A stretch of DNA of 41,294 nt from Thermoplasmatota archaeon (GCA_038740425.1 JAVYLV010000003.1:1-41294), one strand, 5' to 3'; shown: positions 1 through 13,222, counted from the stretch's first letter. Notes: generated by a model not told the origin, from the letters alone. Numbers and translations are program-made.

Positions 1-2705
1 GTAATTTTAGGAGTTACATCTGGTCTAACAGATGGAGCTTCAATCTCTTGTTTTCCAGGTTCTATAACCCCTGCAGGTTCCAGTTCCTTCTCCATGGTTA
101 TCTCAGTCTTTGACTCTAATTCCGATGGCATGATTGATCTTGCAGCTTCCTCTTTTTCTTCTTTGATCTGTTTTTTCTCAACTATGCGTTCTATTTTTTC
201 CGCAGTCTGCTTTTTATCTATTTCAGATTTCGTCCCATCGACCATTGTCTCCTCAGTTTCACATTTTAAACCACCTCCTAGTATCTTTGTAACTGATACA
301 ACTTTGTCACCCTCGTTTAAACGCATGATGCGTACACCTTGAGTGTTACGACCCTGTACTCTTATATCCTGTACTGGTATCCGAACAGTCATACCCTGCA
401 TAGTGGTTAGTAGCAACTCCTCCTCGTCAACTACTTGACTTACAAATATGACCTGACCGTTCCGCTCATTGGTGACAATTGTTCTAACCCCTGTACTACC
501 TCTATGTGTTTTACGGTAATCCTCTATAGGTGAACGTTTACCGTAACCATTCTCTGTAACAGTTAACAGTGAACCTTCATCATCAACAACAGCCATTGCT
601 ACTACCGCATCATTCTTCTTCTTTAAACGCATACCTATAACACCATGCGCTGTCCTCCCCATGGGTCTTATCTCCTGCTCTGAGAACCTCACAGCTTGTC
701 CCTCAGCTGAAGCAAGCATGATTGTTTGATCACCATCTGATAATACAACGTTTATTATCTCATCACCCTCATTCAAACCAATAGCTCTTATACCATTAAC
801 TCTTATGTTACTATACTCTGATAACCTTGTTTTTTTAACTAAACCATTCTTAGTAGCGAAGACTAGGTAATGTTCATCATCGAATTCTCGTATAGGTATA
901 GCTGCCTGTATCTTTTCCCCTTCTGCTAACCTGGGTAAAAGATTGATGACTGCTTTACCTTTAGCATGTCTATCGCCTTCAGGTATCTTATATGCTTTAA
1001 GCCAGTAAGCCTGACCTGTATTGGTGAAAAACATGATGTAGTCATGCGTTGATGTTACAAAACAGTTAACTACTATATCCTCCTCCTTTGTCTTCATCCC
1101 TACTAGACCTTTGCCACCGCGGTGTTGTATGCGATACATATCTACAGGTGTCCTCTTTATGTAACCTGTCTCAGTTATTGTCACTACTACTTCTTGTTTT
1201 GGTATTAAATCTTCTATCTCTATGTCAACTTCTCCTTCTATTATCTCTGTGCGTCGTTCATCACCGAACTTCTCCTTCATATCTAATAATTCTCTTTTTA
1301 TCTCGTTTAGTATCTTCTGTTTATCACTTAGTAAACTCTCAAGATCTTGTATTAATTGATTGGTTTCTTTGTATTCCTTCTCTACTGCTTCTATCTCCAT
1401 ACCTGTTAGCTTCTGGAGTCGCATCTCTAGTATAGCTTTGGCTTGTATCTCAGAGAGTTTAAAACGATTCATGAGTTTTATTTTTGCTTCTTCCACTTCT
1501 TTACTTCTTCTTATAATATTGATTACTTCGTCTATATTACGTAGCGCTATCATTAATCCCTCTAGTATGTGCATTTTCTCCTTAGCTTTCTTAAGATCGT
1601 AGAGGGATCTTTTAGTAATGATTTCTATACGGAATTCAATAAACTGTTGTAGTATATCCTTGAGAGTTAGTATTCGTGGTTGACCTTTCACTATAGCTAT
1701 ATTTAGGATACCAAAGGTAGTCTGTAACGTAGTATGCTCATATAACTGATTGAGAACGATATCCTCTATAGCATCGCGTTTAAGTTCGATAACAATCCTC
1801 ATGCCTTTACGGTCACTTTCATCCCTTAGGTCAGATACACCTTCTATTTTTTTATCACGTACTAGCTCAGCTATTGTCTTTAACAGATCAGATTTATTAA
1901 CCTGGTAAGGGAGTTCAGTGACTATGATGCGTTTTTTGTCATCATCCTCTATATTGACTCGTGCTCGTACCTTTATAAGACCTCGACCTGTTGCATAAGC
2001 CTCTATTATCCCTCCTCGTCCGTAGATGATACCACCTGTAGGGAAATCAGGTCCTTTGATTATATCTATGAGAGCATTGGTTGATATATCAGGGTTATCA
2101 ATAACCGCTATTACACCATCAATAACCTCATTGAGGTTATGAGGTGGTATGTTAGTAGCCATACCGACTGCTATACCAGATGAACCATTAACTAGAAGGT
2201 TAGGTAGCACAGCTGGTAGTACCTCAGGTTCTTTCAATGATCCATCGAAGTTATCACGCCATTCCACAGTCTCTTTTTCTATATCCTGAAGCATCAACTT
2301 AGCGATCTTAGACATTTTAACCTCAGTGTATCTCATAGCTGCTGGGGCGTCACCATCAACCGAGCCGAAGTTACCTTGACCTGTGATAAGAGGGTAACGT
2401 AGTGAAAAATCCTGAGCCATACGAACCAGTGCATCGTATACTGCTTGGTCACCATGAGGATGATATTTACCCAGTACATCACCTACCACCCTAGCTGATT
2501 TCTTAAATGGCTTCTCATATGTGAGACCCATCTCATTCATACCATACAATATACGTCTATGAACTGGTTTTAAACCATCCCTGACATCAGGTAGAGCACG
2601 GCTCATTATAACACTCATGGAGTAATCTATAAAAGCTCGTTTCATCTCCTCATTTATATCACGTAGAAGATCCCTTCTACCGATAAAAGATTCATCATCT
2701 ACCAT
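1..2705 (-). CDS. gyrA: DNA gyrase subunit A (partial; C-terminal end runs off the left edge)
   Basis: The minus-strand frame is open from ATG at 2705 to position 3, with no stop. N-terminus is [56 protein letters not shown]. The active-site motif AAMRYTE is present. A GGTGG SD lies just upstream, 18 nt after the gyrB stop. The + ORFs at 94-342, 1088-1435 and 1360-1602 are antisense shadows. Confidence 0.95.
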   Translation of the reverse strand, partial: MVDDESFIGRRDLLRDINEEMKRAFIDYSMSVIMSRALPDVRDGLKPVHRRILYGMNEMGLTYEKPFKKSARVVGDVLGKYHPHGDQAVYDALVRMAQDFSLRYPLITGQGNFGSVDGDAPAAMRYTEVKMSKIAKLMLQDIEKETVEWRDNFDGSLKEPEVLPAVLPNLLVNGSSGIAVGMATNIPPHNLNEVIDGVIAVIDNPDISTNALIDIIKGPDFPTGGIIYGRGGIIEAYATGRGLIKVRARVNIEDDDKKRIIVTELPYQVNKSDLLKTIAELVRDKKIEGVSDLRDESDRKGMRIVIELKRDAIEDIVLNQLYEHTTLQTTFGILNIAIVKGQPRILTLKDILQQFIEFRIEIITKRSLYDLKKAKEKMHILEGLMIALRNIDEVINIIRRSKEVEEAKIKLMNRFKLSEIQAKAILEMRLQKLTGMEIEAVEKEYKETNQLIQDLESLLSDKQKILNEIKRELLDMKEKFGDERRTEIIEGEVDIEIEDLIPKQEVVVTITETGYIKRTPVDMYRIQHRGGKGLVGMKTKEEDIVVNCFVTSTHDYIMFFTNTGQAYWLKAYKIPEGDRHAKGKAVINLLPRLAEGEKIQAAIPIREFDDEHYLVFATKNGLVKKTRLSEYSNIRVNGIRAIGLNEGDEIINVVLSDGDQTIMLASAEGQAVRFSEQEIRPMGRTAHGVIGMRLKKKNDAVVAMAVVDDEGSLLTVTENGYGKRSPIEDYRKTHRGSTGVRTIVTNERNGQVIFVSQVVDEEELLLTTMQGMTVRIPVQDIRVQGRNTQGVRIMRLNEGDKVVSVTKILGGGLKCETEETMVDGTKSEIDKKQTAEKIERIVEKKQIKEEKEEAARSIMPSELESKTEITMEKELEPAGVIEPGKQEIEAPSVRPDVTPKI

Positions 2706-2723
2706 ATTTTAACCACCATTTCT

Positions 2724-4655
<1,932 letters not shown>

Positions 4656-5183
4656 TTAATGACTAATATACACCATGCTTTTTTATTATGATAAAACCGG
4701 TTTTTTGTATCCCATCGCACACTTGGTTTTTTAATCTAATTTTTATTTAGATATGCATATGGAGAGGAGACTAATAAAGGTTACTATTTTAACTCAAACT
4801 TTTACTTAGTAACTATCTATATTTTATTATGAAATGTTTAAAAGTTAAATTTTTGTTTCTATAAGATTTATTTAAACGCTTTATTTATTATTTTTTATAC
4901 ATATAAAAAAAATTGCATTTTTTCACAGGTATTTTTTGATTAAAATAATGCTGCCATTCATTGATCAAAAGAACTTAACCATATCTTTTAACATCATCTC
5001 ATTAACAATTGTTAAACACAAGTCTTCTATCAAGCACAAAAAAAGATTAAAAAACTAAAATGCACCATACTACAACATAAGTGAAATGTTCATCATAAAC
5101 ATCACACTAGATACCATATCTAATGAATCCAAACAACCTTTTATAAAACCTTAAATCATACATATAAAAAAGATGAATAAAAT

Positions 5184-5807
5184 ATGGATGCATTGATAAA
5201 AAACATTGAATCAATAAAAAACACTTCTATAAAGTCAATAGTAAATAAAAAAATAGAAGAATTCAAAATAATAGGTAAAGGATCCAATGACGACCTATTC
5301 AAAGAATTATGCTTCTGCATACTAGCAGCTAACTACAACGCTGAAAAAACCATGACAATACAAGAAAAGATAAACAATGGTTTCTTACAAGACGACATAA
5401 ATGAACTAACAGACAAATTAAGAAAACTAGGATACAGATACCCTAACACTAGAGCCAGATACATAACAGAAGCAAGAACATACAAAGAACAACTTAAAGA
5501 TATAATAAACACAAAAGACAGAGAAGAAAGAAGAACATGGCTAGTTAAAAACATAAAAGGTATAGGATACAAAGAAAGCAGCCATTTCCTTAGAAACATA
5601 GGGTTCAACGACTATGCTATAATAGACTACCACATCATAGACCTGTTAGTAAAACATGGTATAACAGACAAACCAAAAACAATCACAAAGAAAGTATACC
5701 TCAAAACAGAAGAAAAACTAAGATCCATAGCCGAGAGAGTCAATCTTACACTAGCAGAGCTAGATCTATACCTATGGTACATAGAAACAGGTAGGATAAT
5801 AAAATGA
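5184..5807 (+). CDS. ogg: Ogg2-type 8-oxoguanine DNA glycosylase/AP lyase (archaeal N-glycosylase/DNA lyase)
   Basis: 207 aa, with the HhH-GPD segment IKGIGYKESSHFLRNIGF typical of archaeal Ogg2. Its stop overlaps the next start (ATGA at 5804-5807). Confidence 0.8.
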   Translation: MDALIKNIESIKNTSIKSIVNKKIEEFKIIGKGSNDDLFKELCFCILAANYNAEKTMTIQEKINNGFLQDDINELTDKLRKLGYRYPNTRARYITEARTYKEQLKDIINTKDREERRTWLVKNIKGIGYKESSHFLRNIGFNDYAIIDYHIIDLLVKHGITDKPKTITKKVYLKTEEKLRSIAERVNLTLAELDLYLWYIETGRIIK

Positions 5808-6982
5808 AAATAAGCGAAAAAACCAACCAAACACAAAACACAAAAAACACTACACCAGTACATGACCACCATCCATCATCAAAAACATGTGTAAAGGAAC
5901 ATGAAAAAATCATAAACAATGAAAAAAAACTATGCCCCTCATGCAAAAAACCTTCTAATAAATGGTACAAGGAACGTTTATACATACTCACAATAATATT
6001 AACAACAATAACAATCATATCATATCTCATAGAACCATTAAGACCTTTCTTCAACGCTCTTAAAGACTACATCCTCATAATATGGTGGGCTATAATACTA
6101 GGTTTCATACTAGGTGGTTTCATTGATTACTTCATACCCAGAGAATACATAGAAAAATACCTTTCACGCCACAGGAAAAGGAGTATACTCTACGCTGTCA
6201 TATTTGGTTTTTTTATGAGCGCATGCTCACATGGGATACTAGCTATAGCTATAGAGCTATACCGAAAAGGCGCTAACACATCATCAGTCGTAGCATTCCT
6301 ACTCGCCTCACCATGGGCCAATCTACCAATTACGATTATACTGTTCGGTTTCTTTGGTTTAAAAGCTTTGATAATCATACTCTCAGCCCTACTCATAGCT
6401 GTAATCACAGGTCTTATTTACCAGATGCTTGAACGACGAAACATGGTTGAATGCTGCCAATGCATAAGAGGGGAAGATACACCAATATTAGAGGATTTCT
6501 CAATTATAGATGATGTAAAAAGACGTTGGAAACAATCAGATTTTAAACGTGTAACCTTCATCAGGGCTATCAAAGGGGTTTTTAAAGGATCATGGGCACT
6601 GACAAAGATGGTTATGTGGTGGTTGATCATAGGTATATTAATGGCTGCATCCATAAGAGCCTTGATTAATATTGGGATTATATCACATGATCAATTCATA
6701 TTGTATATGGGGCCATCACTATCAGGTTTGGTGGTAACACTAATATTCGCTACTATACTAGAGGTTTGTTCTGAGGGGAGTTCACCACTTGCATTTGAGA
6801 TATATGATCAAACTCAAGCTTTTGGTAATAGTCTAGTATTTCTAATGGCTGGTGTATCCACAGACGTAACAGAGATAGGTTTAATATGGAGTAATATAGG
6901 ACGTAAAGCAGCTATATGGTTACCGGTTATAACAGTACCTCAAGTAGTTATTGTGGGTTATATATGTAATCTAATATTATGA
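5804..6982 (+). CDS. Multi-pass membrane permease (COG0701/UPF0718-like) with a hydrophilic Cys-containing N-terminal extension
   Basis: 392 aa. The first ~60 aa are hydrophilic (CPSCKKPS), followed by many TM helices and a central loop containing CCQC. The family call is by resemblance only. It appears translationally coupled to ogg. Confidence 0.55.
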   Translation: MKISEKTNQTQNTKNTTPVHDHHPSSKTCVKEHEKIINNEKKLCPSCKKPSNKWYKERLYILTIILTTITIISYLIEPLRPFFNALKDYILIIWWAIILGFILGGFIDYFIPREYIEKYLSRHRKRSILYAVIFGFFMSACSHGILAIAIELYRKGANTSSVVAFLLASPWANLPITIILFGFFGLKALIIILSALLIAVITGLIYQMLERRNMVECCQCIRGEDTPILEDFSIIDDVKRRWKQSDFKRVTFIRAIKGVFKGSWALTKMVMWWLIIGILMAASIRALINIGIISHDQFILYMGPSLSGLVVTLIFATILEVCSEGSSPLAFEIYDQTQAFGNSLVFLMAGVSTDVTEIGLIWSNIGRKAAIWLPVITVPQVVIVGYICNLIL

Positions 6983-7048
6983 TAAACATACCTTGCTGAT
7001 TCCTACATTGCATCAGATGATGCTTTTATCTTATTTATTAACATAGAA

Positions 7049-7459
7049 ATGTTTATTAGATTACTATACATCCTACCCAGAAAAGAACTGTGGATAGGGG
7101 TTTATCATATTATGAAAGATAAATCTATACTTATGAGGAAAGGAGAGGCTTTAAGTAAAGCTGCACGACCTGGTAGATTATATCGTTTGATGATTAAATC
7201 AGAGCAGATGGAGGCTATAATCGCTGAGCTGGATCCTCATACTGAATCAAGATGGTTTAAACATGAAGGTGAGGAGATGCATCTGTTACTGCAAGGTGAG
7301 ATGGAGTATACTGTCGGGGATCATTCGTATAAGTTAAACGAGGGGGATATACTATGGCATAGATCTGATCTACGACATCGCGCTAAGAATATAGGTGATG
7401 AAAAGGTAGTATATATCACTGTTAGCTCACCACCAACATTCATGTGGGAGGAGGTGTAA
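7049..7459 (+). CDS. Cupin-domain protein
   Basis: Cupin_2-like core HEGEEMHLLLQGEMEYTVGDHSYKLNEGDILWHRSDLRHRAKNIG. The real start may be the ATG at 7112 (MKDKSIL). Its 3' end overlaps convergent birA by 20 nt. Confidence 0.6.
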   Translation: MFIRLLYILPRKELWIGVYHIMKDKSILMRKGEALSKAARPGRLYRLMIKSEQMEAIIAELDPHTESRWFKHEGEEMHLLLQGEMEYTVGDHSYKLNEGDILWHRSDLRHRAKNIGDEKVVYITVSSPPTFMWEEV

Positions 7460-8258
7460 TCCTCTCTAGTCTTATACAGTCACCACTGTTTATTATCCTT
7501 TCTTCTCCGTCCTCTGTGATGACATGTAAGAAGCCATTATGATCTATATCAGTAGCTCTACCAGTTATCCTTTCTGATGATGTCTGAATTATGATGTTTC
7601 TACCTAGCATAGATGCGTAGCCCCGCCATTTGTCGAGTATATAATTAACGTTATCATTGAGTAGAATCTTATAGTAATAATCAAAATAATATAGCAGATT
7701 TTCTAGTACTTCTCTTATATCAGTCTCTCTTCCTATTTCATTTAGGAGCGATGTCACATAGGGTTTTAAACCATCTGAGTAATCATCTAGTCTGGTATTA
7801 ACATTTAAACCTATGCCGATCACCACGTATTTTAATTCTTCACCTGTAACCTCTGACTCTGATAGTATACCAGCTATCTTCCTATTATCTATGTAGATAT
7901 CATTAGGCCATACTATGCTTGGTGAAAGTTTATATTTTTTAACTGTATCAGCTGTAGCAATAGATGTGGTTAAGGATAAAAGGTGTGCCTTGTTAACTGG
8001 TATATTTGGTCGTAGTATAATAGAGAGGTATAAACCCCCTAAGGGTGATTCCCATACTCTGTTGTATCGTCCTCTACCTTTATCTTGAGTTAATGCGAGT
8101 ATAATAGTGCCTTCATCAGCCCCATTTTTAACCTTATCCTTAGCTATTCTATTGGTTGAATCAACCCTGTCATAGATGATTATATCCTTGTATAACCAGG
8201 ATGATTCTCTATGTATGATTTTCTTTATTGTTTTTTTATAGGATTCATCAATCATCAT
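7440..8258 (-). CDS. birA: Biotin--[acetyl-CoA-carboxylase] ligase (no N-terminal HTH visible)
   Basis: 272 aa with the signature GRGRYNRVWESPLGGLYLS. It lies 31 nt downstream of pycA on the same strand. Confidence 0.85.
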   Translation of the reverse strand: MMIDESYKKTIKKIIHRESSWLYKDIIIYDRVDSTNRIAKDKVKNGADEGTIILALTQDKGRGRYNRVWESPLGGLYLSIILRPNIPVNKAHLLSLTTSIATADTVKKYKLSPSIVWPNDIYIDNRKIAGILSESEVTGEELKYVVIGIGLNVNTRLDDYSDGLKPYVTSLLNEIGRETDIREVLENLLYYFDYYYKILLNDNVNYILDKWRGYASMLGRNIIIQTSSERITGRATDIDHNGFLHVITEDGEERIINSGDCIRLERITPPPT

Positions 8259-8289
8259 AAAAAAAGTATAATAAATTAGGTAAATTTTT

Positions 8290-9765
8290 TTATCTCTCTT
8301 GCCCTGTTTTAGTATTCATACTTGTTATAACCGCTTGGACAGCGGCCATAGCAGCAGCGGTTTTTTTATCATCAGATTGCATCCTTGTTTCTTTCACGTG
8401 TTCAACTACTTTTTCAAGTATCTGATACCGCGGTATGAAACTAGTGTTGTATTCACCATCACGCCATTTAGGATGATCCATCACTACCTGATGGAAGGGT
8501 ATATTGGTCCTAACACCGCTTATCTGGTATTCCCATAAAGCTCGTTTCATGCGTTCTATGGCCCTGTTTCTATCCTCCGCCCATACAATTAACTTAGCTA
8601 TCATCGAGTCATAGAATGGAGGTATGGTGAAACCCTGATAGACGCCTGAATCAACCCTTATACCTGGTCCACCCGGCTCAGCGTATTTTAGTATCTTAGC
8701 TGGTGATGGTTGAAAATTATTCAAAGGGTCCTCAGCGTTTATACGGCATTCAATAGCATGACCCCGCGGGTGTATATCCTCCTGGTCATATTCAAGGCTA
8801 AGACCTGACGCTACACGTATCTGTTCTCGTGCAAGATCCACACCAGTGGTAATCTCAGTTATAGGATGTTCAACCTGGAGACGGGTATTCATCTCAAGGA
8901 AATAGTATTTACCATTCTTAAACATGAATTCACATGTACCCGCATTATAGTAACCAGCTGTTTTAGCTGCTAATACAGCTTGTTCACCTATCTCTTCACG
9001 TAACTCCTTAGTCAGGGCACAAGATGGCGTCTCCTCTATAAGTTTCTGATGTCTACGTTGAACACTGCATTCACGTTCATAACAATGTATAAGATGACGT
9101 TTCTTATCACCTATCACCTGGTATTCTATATGCCTCGGGTCCTCTATGAACTTCTCTATGAATACAGAGTCATCACCAAAAGAGTTCTTAGCTAACTGTC
9201 TAACTGATGCTAACGCCTTCTCCATCTCATCCTCATTCTCAACCTTCCTTATCCCTATACCGCCACCACCAGCTGATGCTTTAAGCATAACAGGGTATCC
9301 TATTTCATGCGCTATATCTTTAGCTCTTTCATGATCAGATATAGCCTCTGTTACCCCTGGTACCACTGATACACCTGCTTTAATCATTGACTTTTTAGAA
9401 TCAATCTTAGAACCCATGAGTTCCATAGCAGCAACTGGTGGCCCTATAAACTCTATGTTATTCTTTTTACATAATTTAGCAAACTCAGCGTTCTCAGCTA
9501 AAAAGCCATAACCAGGGTGTATGCCCTCAGCTTGCGCTTTCAAAGCTGTATCTATAATCTTATCCATCTTGAGATAACTCTGACTAGCTGGACCTGGCCC
9601 TATATTATACTTCTCATCAGCATATTTAACAAATAATGCATCCTTATCAGCATCAGAGTACACTGCAACAGTTTTTATCCCCAATTCTCGGCATGCTCTC
9701 ATTATACGTATAGCTATCTCACCACGGTTAGCGATAAGAACCTTGTTTAGTAAACCTTCATGCAT
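8290..9765 (-). CDS. pycA: Pyruvate carboxylase subunit A (biotin carboxylase)
   Basis: 491 aa ATP-grasp biotin carboxylase. Motifs: KVLIANRGEIAIRIMRAC and ASAGGGGIGIR. It lies directly downstream of the carboxyltransferase/BCCP subunit. Confidence 0.85.
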   Translation of the reverse strand: MHEGLLNKVLIANRGEIAIRIMRACRELGIKTVAVYSDADKDALFVKYADEKYNIGPGPASQSYLKMDKIIDTALKAQAEGIHPGYGFLAENAEFAKLCKKNNIEFIGPPVAAMELMGSKIDSKKSMIKAGVSVVPGVTEAISDHERAKDIAHEIGYPVMLKASAGGGGIGIRKVENEDEMEKALASVRQLAKNSFGDDSVFIEKFIEDPRHIEYQVIGDKKRHLIHCYERECSVQRRHQKLIEETPSCALTKELREEIGEQAVLAAKTAGYYNAGTCEFMFKNGKYYFLEMNTRLQVEHPITEITTGVDLAREQIRVASGLSLEYDQEDIHPRGHAIECRINAEDPLNNFQPSPAKILKYAEPGGPGIRVDSGVYQGFTIPPFYDSMIAKLIVWAEDRNRAIERMKRALWEYQISGVRTNIPFHQVVMDHPKWRDGEYNTSFIPRYQILEKVVEHVKETRMQSDDKKTAAAMAAVQAVITSMNTKTGQER

Positions 9766-9792
9766 GGTTGAATCAAACCTCTAAAAAAATTT

Positions 9793-11622
9793 TTAGATGA
9801 TCTGCATTATCAGATCACCACTACTTATAGGGTTACCCTCTTTTACAAATATATCTTTAACCTCGCCTTCAACCTCGGAGCATATCTCCTGCTCCATCTT
9901 CATAGCCTCTATCGTAGCGATCACATCACCCTTCTTAACCCTGTCACCCTTCTTAACTTTTATTTTAAGTATCGTACCCTGCATGGTTGATTTAACACCG
10001 CCCTCTATATCAGAAGAGGGTTTAGCCATCTCAGCCGTATTAACCGCTCCTGCCACCATGAAACCACCCTTAGGTATAACCTTGACAGTGTAAGGTTCAC
10101 CATCAACCTCTACATCGAACTCTGTGGGTATCTGCACGGGTGCATTAGTTCTTTTCTCAGGCGGTTCAGTCTCTAACCATAATTGCTTATGCTCAGGGAA
10201 TGATTGTTTAACCATTGCACGTATCAAAGGATGAGTTATAGGTAATGGTAACTGGTCAGATGTGAACTCAGCTCTAGCCTCCCCTCTAAGGAATTTCAAA
10301 GCCACCTGCGGGTACAGTATATACGTCATTATATCCTCTTCTTTCTTTACCAGTCTCCCACCGTCTATCTCCATTAGCTCCTTTTTCTTCTCATCCCACA
10401 TTGGTTTCAACAGATCAGATGGTCTGCAATCTATAACCTCTTCCTTCCATTTAGGACCTAGAACTTTCTTCATTATCTCAGGTTTAATCTCAGCTGGTGG
10501 CTTACCATACATGCCACGGCAGTAATCCTTAGTCTCCTTTGGTACAACCTTGTATCTACCATGTAGTACATTCATAACAGCTTGTACACCTACAACCTGA
10601 CTAGTGGGTGTAACCAAAGGAGGATAACCCAACTCTTCTCTAACACGAGCGGTCTCCATCAGTATCTCCCTGTACTTATCACGTGCACCCTGTTCCTCCA
10701 GTTGGAATATAAGATTAGATAGCATACCACCAGGTATCTGATGTAGAGTAACACTAGGATCAAACTTTAAAGCATCAAACCTGTGCAGATGACGATACTT
10801 ATCCCATACTTTCAAAAAGTAGTTTCTACATTCTATAAGTAATTCCAGATCATAATGAGTATCCCACTCTGTACCTTTTAAAGCAGCTACTACACTCTCC
10901 GTTGGAGGAGCAGCTGTACCACCAGACACAGGTGACATTGATGTGTCTAGTATATCAGCACCAGCCTCCACTGCTCTCTGATACGCCATCCCTGTCATAC
11001 CGCTAGTGTAATGCGAATGCAGATCAATGGGGATATCTATACCAGCGTCCTTACAACCCTTGATTATATCATAAGCTCGTTTTGGTGATATCATACCAGC
11101 CATATCCTTGATGCATAATGAATCAGCACCCATCCTCTTCAACTTCTGGAATTTAGAAACAAAATAATCAACTGTGTGAACAGGTGATATAGTATAGCTA
11201 AGACAGGCTTGTACATGCCCTCCGTTCTCTTTAACTGCTTTTATAGGAGTCTCCATATTTCTAAGATCATTAAGAGCATCAAAGATACGGAAATAATCAC
11301 AACCATTCTTCTTAGCAAAATATATGAACTTTCTTACTACATCATCAGGGAAATTCCAATACGCTACAATATTCATAGCTCGTTCAAGCATCTGTAATGG
11401 TGTGTTAGGCATAGCCTCCTTCAGCTTTCTAAGACGCACCCATGGATCCTCATTCAAGTATCGTATAGCTACATCAAAAGTCGCTCCTCCCCATACCTCT
11501 ATAGAGAAGAAACCCACTTGATCCATCTTAGGAGCTATAGGTAGCATATCCTCAGTTCTCATCCTTGTAGCTAACAACGATTGATGACCATCTCTGAAGA
11601 CTAATTCATGTAGCTTCACCAT
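9793..11622 (-). CDS. pycB: Pyruvate carboxylase subunit B (carboxyltransferase + biotinyl carrier domain)
   Basis: 609 aa. The N-terminal region has FRDGHQSL and DLHSHYTSG (HMGL-like carboxyltransferase). The C-terminal region has the biotinylation motif IEAMKMEQEI. Oxaloacetate decarboxylase alpha is the alternative call, but adjacency to pycA favours PYC. Confidence 0.8.
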   Translation of the reverse strand: MVKLHELVFRDGHQSLLATRMRTEDMLPIAPKMDQVGFFSIEVWGGATFDVAIRYLNEDPWVRLRKLKEAMPNTPLQMLERAMNIVAYWNFPDDVVRKFIYFAKKNGCDYFRIFDALNDLRNMETPIKAVKENGGHVQACLSYTISPVHTVDYFVSKFQKLKRMGADSLCIKDMAGMISPKRAYDIIKGCKDAGIDIPIDLHSHYTSGMTGMAYQRAVEAGADILDTSMSPVSGGTAAPPTESVVAALKGTEWDTHYDLELLIECRNYFLKVWDKYRHLHRFDALKFDPSVTLHQIPGGMLSNLIFQLEEQGARDKYREILMETARVREELGYPPLVTPTSQVVGVQAVMNVLHGRYKVVPKETKDYCRGMYGKPPAEIKPEIMKKVLGPKWKEEVIDCRPSDLLKPMWDEKKKELMEIDGGRLVKKEEDIMTYILYPQVALKFLRGEARAEFTSDQLPLPITHPLIRAMVKQSFPEHKQLWLETEPPEKRTNAPVQIPTEFDVEVDGEPYTVKVIPKGGFMVAGAVNTAEMAKPSSDIEGGVKSTMQGTILKIKVKKGDRVKKGDVIATIEAMKMEQEICSEVEGEVKDIFVKEGNPISSGDLIMQII

Positions 11623-11770
11623 ATTCTCTAACCTCTAAGATAATCTGTTTTTATTATCCTATATTTTAGTTATCCTTAGATGTTTTGAATGGTATAAAAT
11701 ATCAATACTTAAGAATATCGGGTGTCGCATCATTGGTCTGGCTTTGATTAATAGGGTTCTGGTATAATCC

Positions 11771-13222
11771 TTAGAGGCTCTCCGCTATCCTCACAGTATA
11801 ATCATAGAGTTTTTTCACTGAGGATATAGATACTTGTTCATTTGGTGAATGAAGATATCTTATCGTAGGCCCTATTGATATCATATCCATACCTGGGAAT
11901 TTCTCACCTATGATACCGCATTCTAAACCCGCGTGCACCGCTTCAACCTTCACCTCCTCTTTGTACATCTCTTTGTACACCTTGCGGCATAATGCTAGTA
12001 GTTTAGAATTCATATTAGGCTTCCAGCCAGGATAAGGTTTATCTTCAGTTACATCTGCTTTAGCTAGTTTAGCTATAGCTCTTATGCGGGCTCTTATATC
12101 ATCAAGCTCTGTTTTAACCGCGCTACGTGAACTCATTAGTATCTGAATCTTCTTCCCTTTGATTGAGACTACAGCTAGATTAGTTGATGTCTCCACCAGG
12201 CCTGGTATATCATAGCTCATTTTTATTACACCATGTGGCAGACTATACAGCAAAAGCAGTAGTTTATCCTGTAGACTCGTATCGTATACCTTTTTTATTT
12301 TACTGTTAGGCTCTATAAGCATTGTACAATCAGGGTCTATAGGTTTAATCTCCTCTGCTATATCATTCATCTCTCTTTTTAAAAATGATGAGAAATCCTC
12401 TATCTCCTTTTTGTTTATAGCTACCGTAGCAAAAGCCTCTCTAGGTATGGCATTATGTTTATCACCACCATAAATCTCTGATAACATGAATTTGTAATGC
12501 TCTGATGCTCTCCATAATAAACGTGTTAGAATCTTTATAGCGTTACCTCTCTGCTCTTTGATGTTTACACCTGAATGACCACCTTTTAACCCTGTTATCT
12601 TAATGTTTAAACCCGGGGTATTCTTAGGAATTATCTTATATTTTAAAGGTAGTTCTATTCTTGATTCACCCCCACCTGCACACCCAACAGTTAAAACACC
12701 GAACTCTTCGCTATCTAGGTTTATCATGGTTCTACCTTCTAAGAAATCCGATCTTATAGCGAATGCACCTGTTAAACCTGTTTCTTCATCAACAGTGAAA
12801 AGAGCTTCTATAGGTCCATTTCTGATATTTTTATCTTCTAGCATAGCTAATGCTATTGATACTCCTATACCATCATCAGCTCCTAGTGTTGTACCGTCTG
12901 CTGAGAGTGTATCACCATCTAACTTTAGTTTCAAAGGGTCTTTACTGAAATCATGGTCTACATCGCTGTTCTTCTCACAGACCATATCCATATGGCTCTG
13001 GAGTATGAGTATAGGTTTATTCTCCATGTTTTTGGATAAGGCGGGTTTAGTTACCACTATATTACCAGCTTTATCAGTCTTGTATTTTAGACCTTGTTTT
13101 CTCGCAAAATCTATAACATATCCTCTTATCTTCTCTTCATGTTTTGAACAACGAGGTATCTTACTTATCTCTTCGAAATGTTTCCACACAAGCCTTGGTT
13201 CTTTATCTTGCAGTATAGTCAT
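11771..13222 (-). CDS. pepD: Aminoacyl-histidine (Xaa-His) dipeptidase, M20 family
   Basis: 483 aa with motifs HMDMV, ADDGIGV and DEETGLTGA. The length matches bacterial PepD. The 217-aa + ORF at 12603-13256 is an antisense shadow. Confidence 0.85.
   Translation of the reverse strand: MTILQDKEPRLVWKHFEEISKIPRCSKHEEKIRGYVIDFARKQGLKYKTDKAGNIVVTKPALSKNMENKPILILQSHMDMVCEKNSDVDHDFSKDPLKLKLDGDTLSADGTTLGADDGIGVSIALAMLEDKNIRNGPIEALFTVDEETGLTGAFAIRSDFLEGRTMINLDSEEFGVLTVGCAGGGESRIELPLKYKIIPKNTPGLNIKITGLKGGHSGVNIKEQRGNAIKILTRLLWRASEHYKFMLSEIYGGDKHNAIPREAFATVAINKKEIEDFSSFLKREMNDIAEEIKPIDPDCTMLIEPNSKIKKVYDTSLQDKLLLLLYSLPHGVIKMSYDIPGLVETSTNLAVVSIKGKKIQILMSSRSAVKTELDDIRARIRAIAKLAKADVTEDKPYPGWKPNMNSKLLALCRKVYKEMYKEEVKVEAVHAGLECGIIGEKFPGMDMISIGPTIRYLHSPNEQVSISSVKKLYDYTVRIAESL

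Noticed and set aside
94-1602. Plus-strand ORFs at 94-342, 1088-1435 and 1360-1602
   Set aside because: They lie antisense inside the uninterrupted gyrA frame. They translate to low-complexity Ser/Leu/Phe-rich sequence with no motifs, so they are shadow ORFs.
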